A program made the position numbers and the translations under genes. The notes beneath the pieces are model-generated. The model was not told the DNA's origin. It did no database searches and saw only the letters and a program-made list of their open reading frames with translations. 64,000 nt of DNA from an uncultured Chloroflexia bacterium. Its GTDB lineage: Bacteria; Chloroflexota; Limnocylindria; Limnocylindrales; CSP1-4. Location: the NCBI GenBank assembly GCA_963713975.1, contig OY970218.1, positions 1,920,001 to 1,984,000 on the forward strand, read 5' to 3'. Shown in pieces: positions 49,634-59,315 of the stretch (position 1 is its first letter; every line of letters starts with the position of its first letter).

Positions 49634-51018
49634 CCGCCGAGCCCCGGCTGGTGCCACCGCTCGACCCCCACTTCCGCCCGTTGGCCCTGGCCCAGGCCGG
49701 TCTCCGCGAGGACATCCTGGCCGCCGGCGGCGGGATCCGCGTCGCGCTGGCGATCGAGCAGCCGGCCGGTTCGGTCTGGCACCGGGAGACGCTGGTGCAC
49801 GCGCCCGGCCATCCCGACGAGACCGCCTCCCACAAGGCGGTCGAGCGGCTGTGCAAGTTCCTCCTCTGGTCCCGGGGCGGGGCGAGGCTGTACGTCGACG
49901 GACCCGGCAGCCTGGTCTCGTACCTCGAGCGGCACTACGTCGCCGACCCGGCGGGCACGTTCGACGCGGCCTTCATGGGCCCCCGGCTGTTCAACGTTCC
50001 GTTCGAGGTGATCGGCGCGCCCGAATCGGCGTTTCCTGCCGAGCGCGAGGCTGCGGCCGTACTTGGCCGCCATCTCGATGGCTGCCGGATCGGCTTCGAC
50101 CTTGGTGCGAGCGACCGCAAGGCGGCCGCCGTCATCGGCGGCGAGGTCGTGTTCAGCGAGGAGATCCTGTGGGACCCGGCGAACCAGACGGATCCCCAGT
50201 GGCACGTCGACCAGATCATGGACTCGCTACGGCGTGCGGCCGCCCACCTCCCACGCGTGGATGCCATCGGCGGCAGTTCGGCCGGCGCGTACGTGGACAA
50301 CGAGGTGCGCGCGGCGTCACTGTTCCGGTCCGTGCCGCCGGAAGCCTTTGAGGCGCGGGTTCGCGGCCTGTTCAGGGAGCTGCAGGCCGCCTGGGGCGGG
50401 ATCCCGTTCGTCGTCGTGAACGATGGCGAGGTGACAGCCCTGGCGGGTTCGATGATGACCGGATCGGGAGCCCTGCTGGGGGTCGCGATGGGCTCCAGCC
50501 AGGCCGCGGGCTATGTCGACCGCGAGGGCCGCCTGACGTCACGCATCGACGAGCTCGCGTTCGCGCCCGTCGATGCATCCCCGGACGCGGCACTCGACGA
50601 GTGGTCCGGGGATCGCGGCTGCGGTGTCCAGTACTTCTCGCAGCAAGCGACGTCGCGCCTCATGGGCCGGGCCGACATCCGTGTCGATGCCTCGGCGCCG
50701 CTGCCCGAGCGCCTGGTCCACCTGCAGGAGCTCATGGCGGCGGGCGACCCGCGCGCGGACCGCGTGTACCGGACCGTCGGCACGTACCTGGGCTACGCGC
50801 TCCTGACGTACCGCGAGCACTACGACCTGGAGCACCTCCTCCTGCTCGGCCGGGTGATGACGGGCACGGGCGGAGACGTGATCATCGAGACGGCGCGGGA
50901 TGTCCTCGCGGCCGAGGACGCGGCCGCGACGGAATCCATCACCATCCACCTGGCCGACGAGCGGCAGAAGCGCCACGGCCAGGCCGTCGCGGCGGCGAGC
51001 CTGCCCGAGATCGCCTGA
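49630..51018 (+). CDS. Atypical ROK-family protein with N-terminal extension
   Basis: IGFDLGASDRK, VNDG.VTALAG, G.AMG.S.A.GY, ELAFAPVD. Lacks the CxCG zinc motif. Confidence 0.8.
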   Translation: MTAEPRLVPPLDPHFRPLALAQAGLREDILAAGGGIRVALAIEQPAGSVWHRETLVHAPGHPDETASHKAVERLCKFLLWSRGGARLYVDGPGSLVSYLERHYVADPAGTFDAAFMGPRLFNVPFEVIGAPESAFPAEREAAAVLGRHLDGCRIGFDLGASDRKAAAVIGGEVVFSEEILWDPANQTDPQWHVDQIMDSLRRAAAHLPRVDAIGGSSAGAYVDNEVRAASLFRSVPPEAFEARVRGLFRELQAAWGGIPFVVVNDGEVTALAGSMMTGSGALLGVAMGSSQAAGYVDREGRLTSRIDELAFAPVDASPDAALDEWSGDRGCGVQYFSQQATSRLMGRADIRVDASAPLPERLVHLQELMAAGDPRADRVYRTVGTYLGYALLTYREHYDLEHLLLLGRVMTGTGGDVIIETARDVLAAEDAAATESITIHLADERQKRHGQAVAAASLPEIA

Positions 51019-51089
51019 ACGGGGACGCCGGCGGCCGATCCAGCCGGAGGGCAACCCCGCACGACCGGGCAATCCCGCAGCAGGGGATC

Positions 51090-51127
51090 GTCCGGGCGGC
51101 CGGTGGGGGGATACCGACCGCCCGGAC
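51090..51127. terminator. 15-bp stem-loop between convergent genes
   Basis: GTCCGGGCGGCCGGT / ACCGACCGCCCGGAC with one mismatch (a G-U pair on the minus strand). Confidence 0.6.
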
Positions 51128-51139
51128 CGGGAGAGTCAG

Positions 51140-53311
51140 CTAGCTCGCGTTGATGCCGGCGATCTCCAGCATGCGCTGGGCCGTATACGACGGCCCCTCG
51201 TCACGGGTCAACTGGGCCAGGACGTCGATCGGGAGGTCGTCCACGATGGCGCCGTTGGGGTTGAACAGCAGGTTCTCGTCCACGGCGAGCCCGAAGGCGG
51301 ATCCCTCCTTGACCGCGTGGTACAGGTTCCTCGGCGCTACCGAATCCCCCACGTTGAGGACGTGGACGCCGGCCGCCTTGAGCTCCCCGAACAGGTCCAG
51401 GTCCGGCCGGGTGTGGCACGTCACCACATCGTCGACCTCGAGGTTGGTGCGGTTGAAGTCCTTGTCCTGGAGGACCACCTCGCCCTCGCGGATCTCCGCG
51501 ACGGTCGTGCTGGTGATGACCGTGACCTTGTGCTTGTACGGCCGTGAGCTGAGGGCCTCCGCATCGCCTAGCGCAAAGCGCTTGCGCAGGACGTACATGT
51601 GGATAACCTCGCAGTCCGCCGCGAACTCCCGGTTCTCGGTCACGATCGTGACCTGCTTGCCGATGTCCGCGAGCCAGGCTGCGGTGTCCGTCGCGGCGTA
51701 GCTGTCGCCCCAGAGCAGGACGCGGGCGCCGAGCTTGCGCATCCTGCGGCCGCCCGGATGGCACTCGCAGGCTACCTTGGGGCAGGCCATCGCCTCCTCG
51801 AACGGCACGACGCGGTCCGCGTCGCCGGCCACCGGCGGCACGAACGTGCGGGCGCCCGTCGCGTTGAGCACGATGTCGAAGTCGCGCAGCTCGTCCACCG
51901 TCGGTGCGTGGTTGAGCCGGATGTCAACGTTGAGGTCGAGCAACTGGTCCCGGATCCAGTCCAGGTACCAGCGCATCTTCTCCTTGCCCGGGACGAGGCA
52001 CACGTAGAGCATCGCGCCGCCCAGCTCCGCGTGCTTCTCGAACAGGGTCACGACGTGGCCCCGCTCGGTGGCGATACGGGCCGCTTCCATGCCGGCGGGA
52101 CCGCCGCCGACGACCGCCACCCGCACGGGTCGCGGCGAGCGCTTCATGTCCGCGTAGGCGGGGTTCCCGCAGGCCGCGTTGATGGAGCACGCGATCTCGT
52201 GCTTGGCCATCAGCGACTCCTGCCAGCAGCCGCCGAGGCAGGAGATGCACTTGCGGATCGACTTGACCTTGCCGTACTTCGCCTTGACCGGCCAGTACGG
52301 ATCCGCGAGGAGCTGCCGGGCGAGGCCGACCAGGTCCGTCTTGCCCTCGGCCAGGATCTGCTCGCAGTACTCGGGATCGCGCAGCGAGTGGCTGGTGATG
52401 ACCGGGATCCTGACGACCTTCTTGGTCGCCTCGGCGGCGTACGTCGCCCAGCCCTGCGGGTACTGCATCGGGTCGAAGCCGGCGCCCGGGCTCTCCTGCA
52501 TGCCCTGGGAGAGGTCGAGCGCTGCAACCCCGGCGCGCTCGAGCACGCGTGCCGTCTCGAGGCCCTCCTCGAGGTCGCGACCGCCGGGGCACCACTCCTC
52601 GAACGAGTAGCGGACGAGGACCGGATAGCCCTTGCCGCACTTCTTCTGGATGGAATCGATGACCGCGAGCGGGAACCGCATCCGGTTCTCGAAGCTGCCG
52701 CCGAAGCGGTCCGTCCGCATGTTGAGATACGGGCTCATGAACTCCGAGAGCAGGTAGCCGTGGGCGGCATGCAGCTCCACCGCGTCGAAGCCCGCCTGCT
52801 TGACCCGCCAGGCGGCCTCGCTGAACAGGTCCACGAGCTCGAGGATCTCCGCGATGGAGGCTTCGCGGATCTCCTTGCCCTTCTCCTCGGCGTTCTCGTA
52901 GATGATCTCGTGCCCCGCCGACCACGGCAGCTTCAGCACGCGGTCGGTGGCGCCCAGGGTGTTGTAGCGGGGGATGGCGCACTGCCGGCCCGGGTGCTGG
53001 AGCTGGACGGCGCACTTCGCGCCGTAGCGGTGCATCGACTCGGCCAGGCGGGCGAGCCCAGGGACGTAGTTGTCACCGTCGGCCACCAGGCAGGTCACCG
53101 TCGGCCGGCCGGTCTTCATGTCGGGCGTGGTGGCGCCCACGATGACGAACCCGGATCCGCCCCGCGCGATCGACTCGTGGTGGTGGATGTCCCGCTCGCT
53201 CACCTCGCCGTCGGCGTTCGAGGAGCTGATGTCCGTGGGGACGTGGACGATGCGGTTGGGAAGCTCGATGGGTCCCAGCTGGAGGGGGCTGAACAGGTGC
53301 GGGAAGGCCAT
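51140..53311 (-). CDS. NADH:flavin oxidoreductase (Old Yellow Enzyme barrel + 4Fe-4S + FAD domain; DCR/BaiCD-like)
   Basis: LPNRIV, QLQHPGRQ, ELHAAHGYLL..F.SP..N.RTD.FGGS.ENR.RF, CISC...C...C..N, VVGGGPAGME. Confidence 0.92.
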   Translation of the reverse strand: MAFPHLFSPLQLGPIELPNRIVHVPTDISSSNADGEVSERDIHHHESIARGGSGFVIVGATTPDMKTGRPTVTCLVADGDNYVPGLARLAESMHRYGAKCAVQLQHPGRQCAIPRYNTLGATDRVLKLPWSAGHEIIYENAEEKGKEIREASIAEILELVDLFSEAAWRVKQAGFDAVELHAAHGYLLSEFMSPYLNMRTDRFGGSFENRMRFPLAVIDSIQKKCGKGYPVLVRYSFEEWCPGGRDLEEGLETARVLERAGVAALDLSQGMQESPGAGFDPMQYPQGWATYAAEATKKVVRIPVITSHSLRDPEYCEQILAEGKTDLVGLARQLLADPYWPVKAKYGKVKSIRKCISCLGGCWQESLMAKHEIACSINAACGNPAYADMKRSPRPVRVAVVGGGPAGMEAARIATERGHVVTLFEKHAELGGAMLYVCLVPGKEKMRWYLDWIRDQLLDLNVDIRLNHAPTVDELRDFDIVLNATGARTFVPPVAGDADRVVPFEEAMACPKVACECHPGGRRMRKLGARVLLWGDSYAATDTAAWLADIGKQVTIVTENREFAADCEVIHMYVLRKRFALGDAEALSSRPYKHKVTVITSTTVAEIREGEVVLQDKDFNRTNLEVDDVVTCHTRPDLDLFGELKAAGVHVLNVGDSVAPRNLYHAVKEGSAFGLAVDENLLFNPNGAIVDDLPIDVLAQLTRDEGPSYTAQRMLEIAGINAS

Positions 53312-53499
53312 GACGGGTTTTCTCCTGCGAGTGGCGGGCACGCGTCGCCACGTCCCGATGCTGGCGGTCCGGGGCCGTGGCCGCAATGCCAGAGCGGGTC
53401 GATGAAGTGGCAGAAGCGGCCACGGGTACCCGGTCGGGGTACCGGAAACGCTCCAAGTGGCCCTGTCCGATACGGCTGGACGGCTGGCATCGTCGAGCC

Positions 53500-54399
53500 A
53501 TGGCCGTTCACGTCTGGCAACAGGACATGGAGCCCGAGTTCCCGCTCGCGGTGGTCGAGTACGGCGCGCGTGGCGACGGCGATCCGATGCACTGGCACGA
53601 TCATCTCGAGATCGCGCTGGTCCTCGAGGGGCGGGGCGTCTTCATGTTCGGCCGGCGCGCCCTCGCCGCGGAGCCCGGCGACATCTTCTTCATCGACAAC
53701 TCGCAGCCCCATGTTGCCCTTGCCGATTCGGGCTCGGCGCTGCGCCTGTTGCTGGTGCTGTTCCGCCCGGAGCTGCTCGCAGGCCCCGGCTGCCGAGGCC
53801 TGGACCTGGGCTATCTCGCGCCGTTCCGCGTGGACGAGCGTGTCTCGTCGCCACGGATCCGGGGCACCTCGGTGCTGGCCGGGGAGGTCGCCCCGGTGCT
53901 GCGCCAGCTGCGGTCGATCTGTGAGCGGCACGATCCGGCCGAGCGTCACCTCGCCGACGCGACCCTGCGCATGGCCCTGGCGCTCGTCAACCGTCACCCG
54001 GGTACCGGCGCCAGCCCCGGAGCGGCGCGTGCTGCCGCCGATCGCCGCGAGCAGATCCGGCCGGTGCTCGCCTACGTGGACGGCCACTGCCGGGACAGCA
54101 TCACGCTCGATGACGTGGCCGAGCTGGTGCACGTGAGCCCGTCCCGCGTTCGCCACGTGTTCAAGGACGTGACCGGCGTCAGCTTCAAGGAGTACGTCAC
54201 CCAGGTCCGCGTGGCGGAGGCAAAGCGGCTGCTGTTGTCCACGGACCTGTCGGTCGCGGAGATCGCCCGCGCCGTCAGCTACACCAACCTCAACCAGTTC
54301 TACAAGGTGTTCTACCGCTCGTGCGCGATGTCGCCCGGTGAGTACCGGCGCTACTACACGCTCGCGGGCAGTGAGGCGGGGCCGGCGCTGGTCCGCTAA
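53500..54399 (+). CDS. AraC-family transcriptional regulator (cupin plus HTH)
   Basis: HWHDHLEI cupin; TL.DVA...HVS, FK..TG.SF..Y....R...AK.LL, SPGEYR. Confidence 0.92.
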   Translation: MAVHVWQQDMEPEFPLAVVEYGARGDGDPMHWHDHLEIALVLEGRGVFMFGRRALAAEPGDIFFIDNSQPHVALADSGSALRLLLVLFRPELLAGPGCRGLDLGYLAPFRVDERVSSPRIRGTSVLAGEVAPVLRQLRSICERHDPAERHLADATLRMALALVNRHPGTGASPGAARAAADRREQIRPVLAYVDGHCRDSITLDDVAELVHVSPSRVRHVFKDVTGVSFKEYVTQVRVAEAKRLLLSTDLSVAEIARAVSYTNLNQFYKVFYRSCAMSPGEYRRYYTLAGSEAGPALVR

Positions 54400-54455
54400 C
54401 CAAAGCCCGGCGGAACCCCTGCGGCACCGCCACCGACGATCGAGAGGAAGCCAGG

Positions 54456-55337
54456 ATGGACGCGGCGGTACGCGACGAGGTGGCAGTGCGGGTGCGCGAG
54501 GCCGTCGACGCCGACTGGGTGGACGCGGGGCGCATCTGCTACGAGGCCTTTTCGAGCCTCGCGGACCAGCACGGGTTCCCGCATGACTTCCCGACCGTCG
54601 AGGCGGCGTCGGCCCCGATCCGGTGGCTCATCAACCACCCCCACATCTACGGCGTGGTGGCCGACAAGGGCGGGCGCGTCATAGGCTCGAACTTCCTCGA
54701 CGAGCGCGGCACGATCTCGGCGATCGGCCCGATCAGCGTGGACCCCGGCACCCAGGACCGGCACGTCGGCCGGCTGCTGATGGACGCGGTCCTGGAACGC
54801 GCCCATGCCCAGAACGCGCCGGGTGTCAGGCTGCTCCAGATCGCCTACCACAACCGGTCGCTGAGCCTGTACGCCAAGCTGGGGATGGAGGTCCGTGGGT
54901 CCTTCGCAGCCATGCACGGCCAGCCCATCCGCCAGGCAATGCCGGGTTACGACGTGCGGCCGGCGACGCAGGATGACGAGTACGCCTGCAACTCCCTGTG
55001 CCTGCGGGTCCACGGCCACGCCCGCGCCGGCGAGGTGCACGAGGCGATCGAGGCGGGCGACGCACGCGTGGTGGAGCGCCTCGGCCGGATCACGGGCTAC
55101 ACGACGAAGATCAACTACTTCGCCCACTCCGTCGCGGAGACCAACGACGACCTGCGGGCGCTCATCTGCGAGGCGAAGGACTTCGGGACGCCGGGCTTCC
55201 TGGTCCCGCTGTCCAACAACGATCTCTTCCGCTGGTGCCTGGACAAAGGCCTGCGGATCTTCTTCGTGACCAACATGATGACGATCGGGCTGTACCAGGA
55301 GCCCGAGGGCCCCTACATGCCGTCGGTCGGGTACTGA
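54456..55337 (+). CDS. GNAT-family N-acetyltransferase
   Basis: IGPISVDP..Q...VGR.LM, SL.LY.KLG. Confidence 0.85.
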   Translation: MDAAVRDEVAVRVREAVDADWVDAGRICYEAFSSLADQHGFPHDFPTVEAASAPIRWLINHPHIYGVVADKGGRVIGSNFLDERGTISAIGPISVDPGTQDRHVGRLLMDAVLERAHAQNAPGVRLLQIAYHNRSLSLYAKLGMEVRGSFAAMHGQPIRQAMPGYDVRPATQDDEYACNSLCLRVHGHARAGEVHEAIEAGDARVVERLGRITGYTTKINYFAHSVAETNDDLRALICEAKDFGTPGFLVPLSNNDLFRWCLDKGLRIFFVTNMMTIGLYQEPEGPYMPSVGY

Positions 55338-55364
55338 CCCCGAGCCTCACGCAGCGCGATCGGC

Positions 55365-56192
55365 CTATCCGGGGCCAGGGGAGGCCCGTGGCTCGCTGAC
55401 GCCCCAGCCGCCGTCCACGGCCACGATCTGTCCCGTCACCATCGCCGCGTCCGGGGAGAGGAGGTGGAGGGCCGTCCTGGTCACGGCCTCGGCGTCGATC
55501 GGCCCGCCCGCGAGCGGCTGCTTCGCTGCCAGGTAGGAGAGGATCTCGGGGTCCTCCTGGGCCCGCAGGCTCATCGGCGTGGCGATGAGCGACGGAGCGA
55601 CGGCGTTGACGCGGATCCCGTGTGGCGCGTAGTACGCGGCGAGTGAGCGGGTGAGACTGACGATCGCGCCCTTCGAGGCGGCATAGGCGTGGGTGGCGAA
55701 GAGGGCCGCAACCGGGTGCGTTGCAAGCGTGCTCGCCATGAGCAGCAGGGCACCCCGGCCCCCATTCGCGTCCGGTGACTGGGCCAGCATCCGGCGGATG
55801 GCGGACCGGGCAACCAGGAACTGGGTCGTGGCGTTGGCCTCTATCACCGTCTCCCAGCCCTCGAGCGTGGCCTCGTGGATCGGGCCGTCGCCAAACCGGC
55901 GGCCGGAGATGCCGGCGACGCTGTAGACGGCGTCGAGGCGCCCGATCTCGGTCCCAAAGGCCTCGAACACGGCCTCCACGTCCGCCTCCAGTCGAAGGTC
56001 CGCCGCTTGCCACAGGCAGCGTCCGCCCGCCGCCGTGATCTCGCCGGCGAGGCGCTCCAGGTGGGCCGCCGTGCGCGACACGGCGAACACCGCCCCACCT
56101 TCCGCGGCGATCGCCCGCGCGGCGGATGCCGCCATGCCCGTGGATCCGGTGACCAGCACCGACCGACCCTCGAAGCGCCCGGGGCGCGTCAT
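55365..56192 (-). CDS. SDR-family oxidoreductase
   Basis: VLVTGSTG, YAASKGA, IRVNAVAP, TGQ...VDGG. Confidence 0.9.
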   Translation of the reverse strand: MTRPGRFEGRSVLVTGSTGMAASAARAIAAEGGAVFAVSRTAAHLERLAGEITAAGGRCLWQAADLRLEADVEAVFEAFGTEIGRLDAVYSVAGISGRRFGDGPIHEATLEGWETVIEANATTQFLVARSAIRRMLAQSPDANGGRGALLLMASTLATHPVAALFATHAYAASKGAIVSLTRSLAAYYAPHGIRVNAVAPSLIATPMSLRAQEDPEILSYLAAKQPLAGGPIDAEAVTRTALHLLSPDAAMVTGQIVAVDGGWGVSEPRASPGPG

Positions 56193-56842
56193 GTCCCGGC
56201 TTCAGGCGCGGTGCCCAGGCCCGAGATCATGGCGCGGCGGGCCGCTCCGTCCCCGCCCGTCAGGGCGCTGCCGATCCCGACCGCCGTCGCACCCGCCTCG
56301 AGGAACAGCCCTGCGTTGGCCGCGTTCAGGCCTCCCGCGGGGATCAGCGCCGCGTCCGGCATCTGGCGACTGAGCTCGCGCACGAATGACGGCCCCACGG
56401 CCGACGCCGGGAACAGCTTGACGAACGTGGCTCCGGCCGCCCATGCGACCGCGATCTCGGTCGGCGTGAAGGCCCCGGGGATGAAGGGCAGGCCCTCCTC
56501 GACCGCTGTGGCCACGAGCAGGGTGTCCAGCACCGACGCCACGCCGAAGTCGGCGCCGGCCCGCCGCGCGGCCTCCAGCTCGCCCCGGCGAAGCACGGTG
56601 CCGGCACCGACGAGGAACGGACCGTCTGCCCGGTCGGCGAGCCGCTCGCGGACCGCGACCAGGTCCCCCTCGGCGTTGGTCGCGTCGAAGGTGATCTCGA
56701 ACGCCCGGGCACCCGCGTCAGCGAGCTCGGCGACGAGGCCCAGGAGCGCGGTCCGGTCCGGCACCCCCCTGAGCACGGCGATCAGCCGATGGTGGCGGAT
56801 GGCTGTCGCGACAGGTCCGTGGCGGAGCGCGTCGGCCGTCAT
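56189..56842 (-). CDS. eda: KDPG/KHG aldolase family protein
   Basis: IAVLR, FEIT, VGAGTVL, PGA.TPTE, VKLFPA, P.GG. Confidence 0.87.
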   Translation of the reverse strand: MTADALRHGPVATAIRHHRLIAVLRGVPDRTALLGLVAELADAGARAFEITFDATNAEGDLVAVRERLADRADGPFLVGAGTVLRRGELEAARRAGADFGVASVLDTLLVATAVEEGLPFIPGAFTPTEIAVAWAAGATFVKLFPASAVGPSFVRELSRQMPDAALIPAGGLNAANAGLFLEAGATAVGIGSALTGGDGAARRAMISGLGTAPEAGT

Positions 56843-58146
56843 CGGACCAGCGCCGCGACGGACGGGGCGTCCACGGGATCCAGCAGCGCACCGTCGAGGG
56901 CCAGCCGCTCCCGGAGTGCGGAGGCGAGGACGCCGCGCGGGAACGCGCCGTCATCGGCCGCGATGGCGGCCGCGGTCCCGGCGGCCTGGCCCATCGCCAT
57001 GCAGGTGGCCATGGAGCGCGCCGACGCGTGTGCATCGTGCGTCGCGGAGAAGCAGCGCCCGGCGACGAGCAGGCCCTCGATCCCGGCCGGCAGGAGCGAG
57101 CGGTAGGGGATGCCGTACACGCCGGACTCACCGACATAGCGCCACGCGGTGTCGCCGCCGGTCCCGTGGTCCTCGATCGGGGCTCCGCACAGGGCGATCT
57201 CGTCCTCGAAGCGGCGTCCGCCGAGCACGTCCTCCCGGGTAAGCCGGTAGTCGCCGTGCACCCGGCGGCTCTCGCGCACGCCGATCGCGGGGCTGGTCGC
57301 CACGATCACCGACCGCGCGAACCCCGGGACCAGGTCGCGCAGGAAGCGGTGGTACTCCTGCACCTGGCGCCGGCCATCGACCTCGGCCGCCGTGAGCTGC
57401 TCCGGGTCCGTGGGGTCCACGTTCGGGATGCGGGTCATGTGGATCAGGGCAACCCCCTCGTACGGTGTGCGGTGCCAGGAGCCCTCGATCCGCGGCAGCC
57501 GGTAGCGGCCGGTGCCGGCGGCCTCCCGCATCCGGCTCCAGAGCTCGGCCTTGGGCACGGCCGCCGCCGCGGCGATGTCGACGTTGGCCAGCTTGAACAG
57601 GGTCGACAGTGATTGAACCACGAGCCCGTCGCCGGGTGCGTCGTGGGGCACGCCGGCGAGCGCGCAGACGTCCGCGTCACCCGACGCGTCCACGAACGCA
57701 GAGGCCCCAACCCAGCGCTCGCCGCCCTTGTTCCAGAGCCGGATGGCGCTCAGGCGGCCGTCCTCGACCCGTATGCCCGTCGCCCAGGTGTGCAGCAGCA
57801 GGTCCACCCCGGCGTCCTCGGTGAGCTGCTCCCAGAGGACCTTGAGCGCCTCCGAGTCGTAGGTGACGCCGGTCCCGGCCCCATAGGTGTTCGGCCGCTC
57901 GAAGGCCACGCCGTCCGCGGTCAGCCGCTGCGCGATCTCCCAGCCAAGGCCGCCGACCACCCGTCGCGGCCGCTCGCCCGGCGTGTAGAAGGCGTAGAAC
58001 GTGTCCAGGACGGCCGTCGATGTGCCGCCCATGAAGGCCAGCCGGTCCACGAGCAGGGTCGAGGCGCCCCGCCGCGCGGCCGAGATGGCGGCCGCCGCCC
58101 CCGCGGACCCCGCCCCCACGACAACGACGTCGTAACGGTCCCTCAT
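56839..58146 (-). CDS. FAD-dependent oxidoreductase (FAD_oxidored family)
   Basis: DVVVVGAGSAG, FVDASGDAD, GVRESRR..G.Y.LT, YGIPYRSL.P, LLVAGRC.S, CMAMGQAAG. Confidence 0.88.
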   Translation of the reverse strand: MRDRYDVVVVGAGSAGAAAAISAARRGASTLLVDRLAFMGGTSTAVLDTFYAFYTPGERPRRVVGGLGWEIAQRLTADGVAFERPNTYGAGTGVTYDSEALKVLWEQLTEDAGVDLLLHTWATGIRVEDGRLSAIRLWNKGGERWVGASAFVDASGDADVCALAGVPHDAPGDGLVVQSLSTLFKLANVDIAAAAAVPKAELWSRMREAAGTGRYRLPRIEGSWHRTPYEGVALIHMTRIPNVDPTDPEQLTAAEVDGRRQVQEYHRFLRDLVPGFARSVIVATSPAIGVRESRRVHGDYRLTREDVLGGRRFEDEIALCGAPIEDHGTGGDTAWRYVGESGVYGIPYRSLLPAGIEGLLVAGRCFSATHDAHASARSMATCMAMGQAAGTAAAIAADDGAFPRGVLASALRERLALDGALLDPVDAPSVAALVR

Positions 58147-59105
58147 GCGGGGCCTGCCCCGGGCATCGCGTAGAAGCGGGCCGGGTTGGCGGTCAGGATC
58201 CTCTTGGTCGCCTCGTCGTCCATGCGCTGCCGGAGCCTGGGCGCGAAGGTGCGCATCAGGTACCGGAGCCCAGGACCACCCTCGTAGGAGCGGAGGTAGT
58301 CGCGCGAGCCGAGATCGAGGCCGAGCATGATCCGGTCCAGGTGGCCGGCGTGGGCGACGGCCTCGATCAGGTCCAGGACCACCGAATCGGGGTGGTACTT
58401 GGTCCGCCCGATCGTGTCGTACTCCAGGGTCACGCCACGGGCAGCGACCTCCGCGTGCAGCTCGGCATCGGGGTTCCGGTCAAGGTGCGCCAGCGCGATC
58501 CGCTCGGGCCGGGCCCCGGCCTCCTCGAGGAGATCCACGATCTCGTGGGCCGCCGTGCCGACCTCGCTGTGAACCAGGATGGCGGCGCCCGTGGCGGCGG
58601 AGGCTCCGGCGATGGCCTCGAGGCGTCGGCGCTCGCCGTGTGAGATCCGGTGGTATGAGGCCCCGCCCTTGATGGCGCCGGCCCGCGCCCTGTCGAGCGG
58701 CAGGGCCGGATCGGTCCAGTCGGCCGGGTGCATGCCGTCGGTGAGGTCCGCGTACAGTCGGGCGGCCAGCGTCTCGACGCTCGCCCGGTACACCCAATGC
58801 CCATCCGGGTAGTGCGCATCTCGGTGGTAGCCCGTCGCCGCGATGACCGGGACGCCCGTCGCCTCGGAGACCGCCCGCAGGCCGGCCGGGTCCCGTCCAA
58901 GGCCGATCGGCGTCATCTCCACGATCGTGCCGATCCCGGAATCCCGACCCTCGATGACCTCGGCGACGGCTCGCTCGACGTCCGTGAAGCCCTGTCCGGG
59001 GAGGCCCGGCGAGTCCAGCAGCAGGTGGTCGTGCGCGTCTACCACGCCCAGCGTGGCGGCGGCCCGTGGCCCCGTGACCGTGATGACGTGGTCCTCGGTC
59101 ACCAT
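58143..59105 (-). CDS. Phosphotriesterase-family amidohydrolase/lactonase
   Basis: TVTG, HDH, T.VEMTP.G.GR, ATG, G.IK, H, LAHLD, LG.D, N.ARF. GGAGG RBS. Confidence 0.87.
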   Translation of the reverse strand: MVTEDHVITVTGPRAAATLGVVDAHDHLLLDSPGLPGQGFTDVERAVAEVIEGRDSGIGTIVEMTPIGLGRDPAGLRAVSEATGVPVIAATGYHRDAHYPDGHWVYRASVETLAARLYADLTDGMHPADWTDPALPLDRARAGAIKGGASYHRISHGERRRLEAIAGASAATGAAILVHSEVGTAAHEIVDLLEEAGARPERIALAHLDRNPDAELHAEVAARGVTLEYDTIGRTKYHPDSVVLDLIEAVAHAGHLDRIMLGLDLGSRDYLRSYEGGPGLRYLMRTFAPRLRQRMDDEATKRILTANPARFYAMPGAGPA

Positions 59106-59220
59106 GCCTCCGTGGATCGACGCCGGCGAGTGCCGGGCCCACGGGGAGTGTACCGGCGGGCAGCCCGCGGAGCGCCCGCGCACCACCTGCAGGGGGTGTG
59201 GTGTCCAATCACTCGTACTC

Positions 59221-59250
59221 TTGACGGCGGACATTGTGGGAAGGCATGGT
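59221..59250 (+). promoter_or_regulatory. Possible sigma70 promoter TTGACG-N18-CATGGT in the divergent spacer
   Basis: Near-consensus -35 in an AT-richer patch; weak -10. Confidence 0.3.
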
Positions 59251-59315
59251 CGGAGCAACGCTCCTCGAGCGGGTGGTGCCACGCCTCCCGCCGGAGCGAG
59301 AGCCGACGAGGCGTC

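Noticed and set aside
51049-51079. Direct repeat GGGCAA(C/T)CCCGCA, two copies
   Set aside because: Only two short copies next to a terminator, which is too little to call an element.
53423-53443. GGGTACC pair in the OYE/AraC spacer as an AraC site
   Set aside because: Too short and GC-rich to distinguish from chance.
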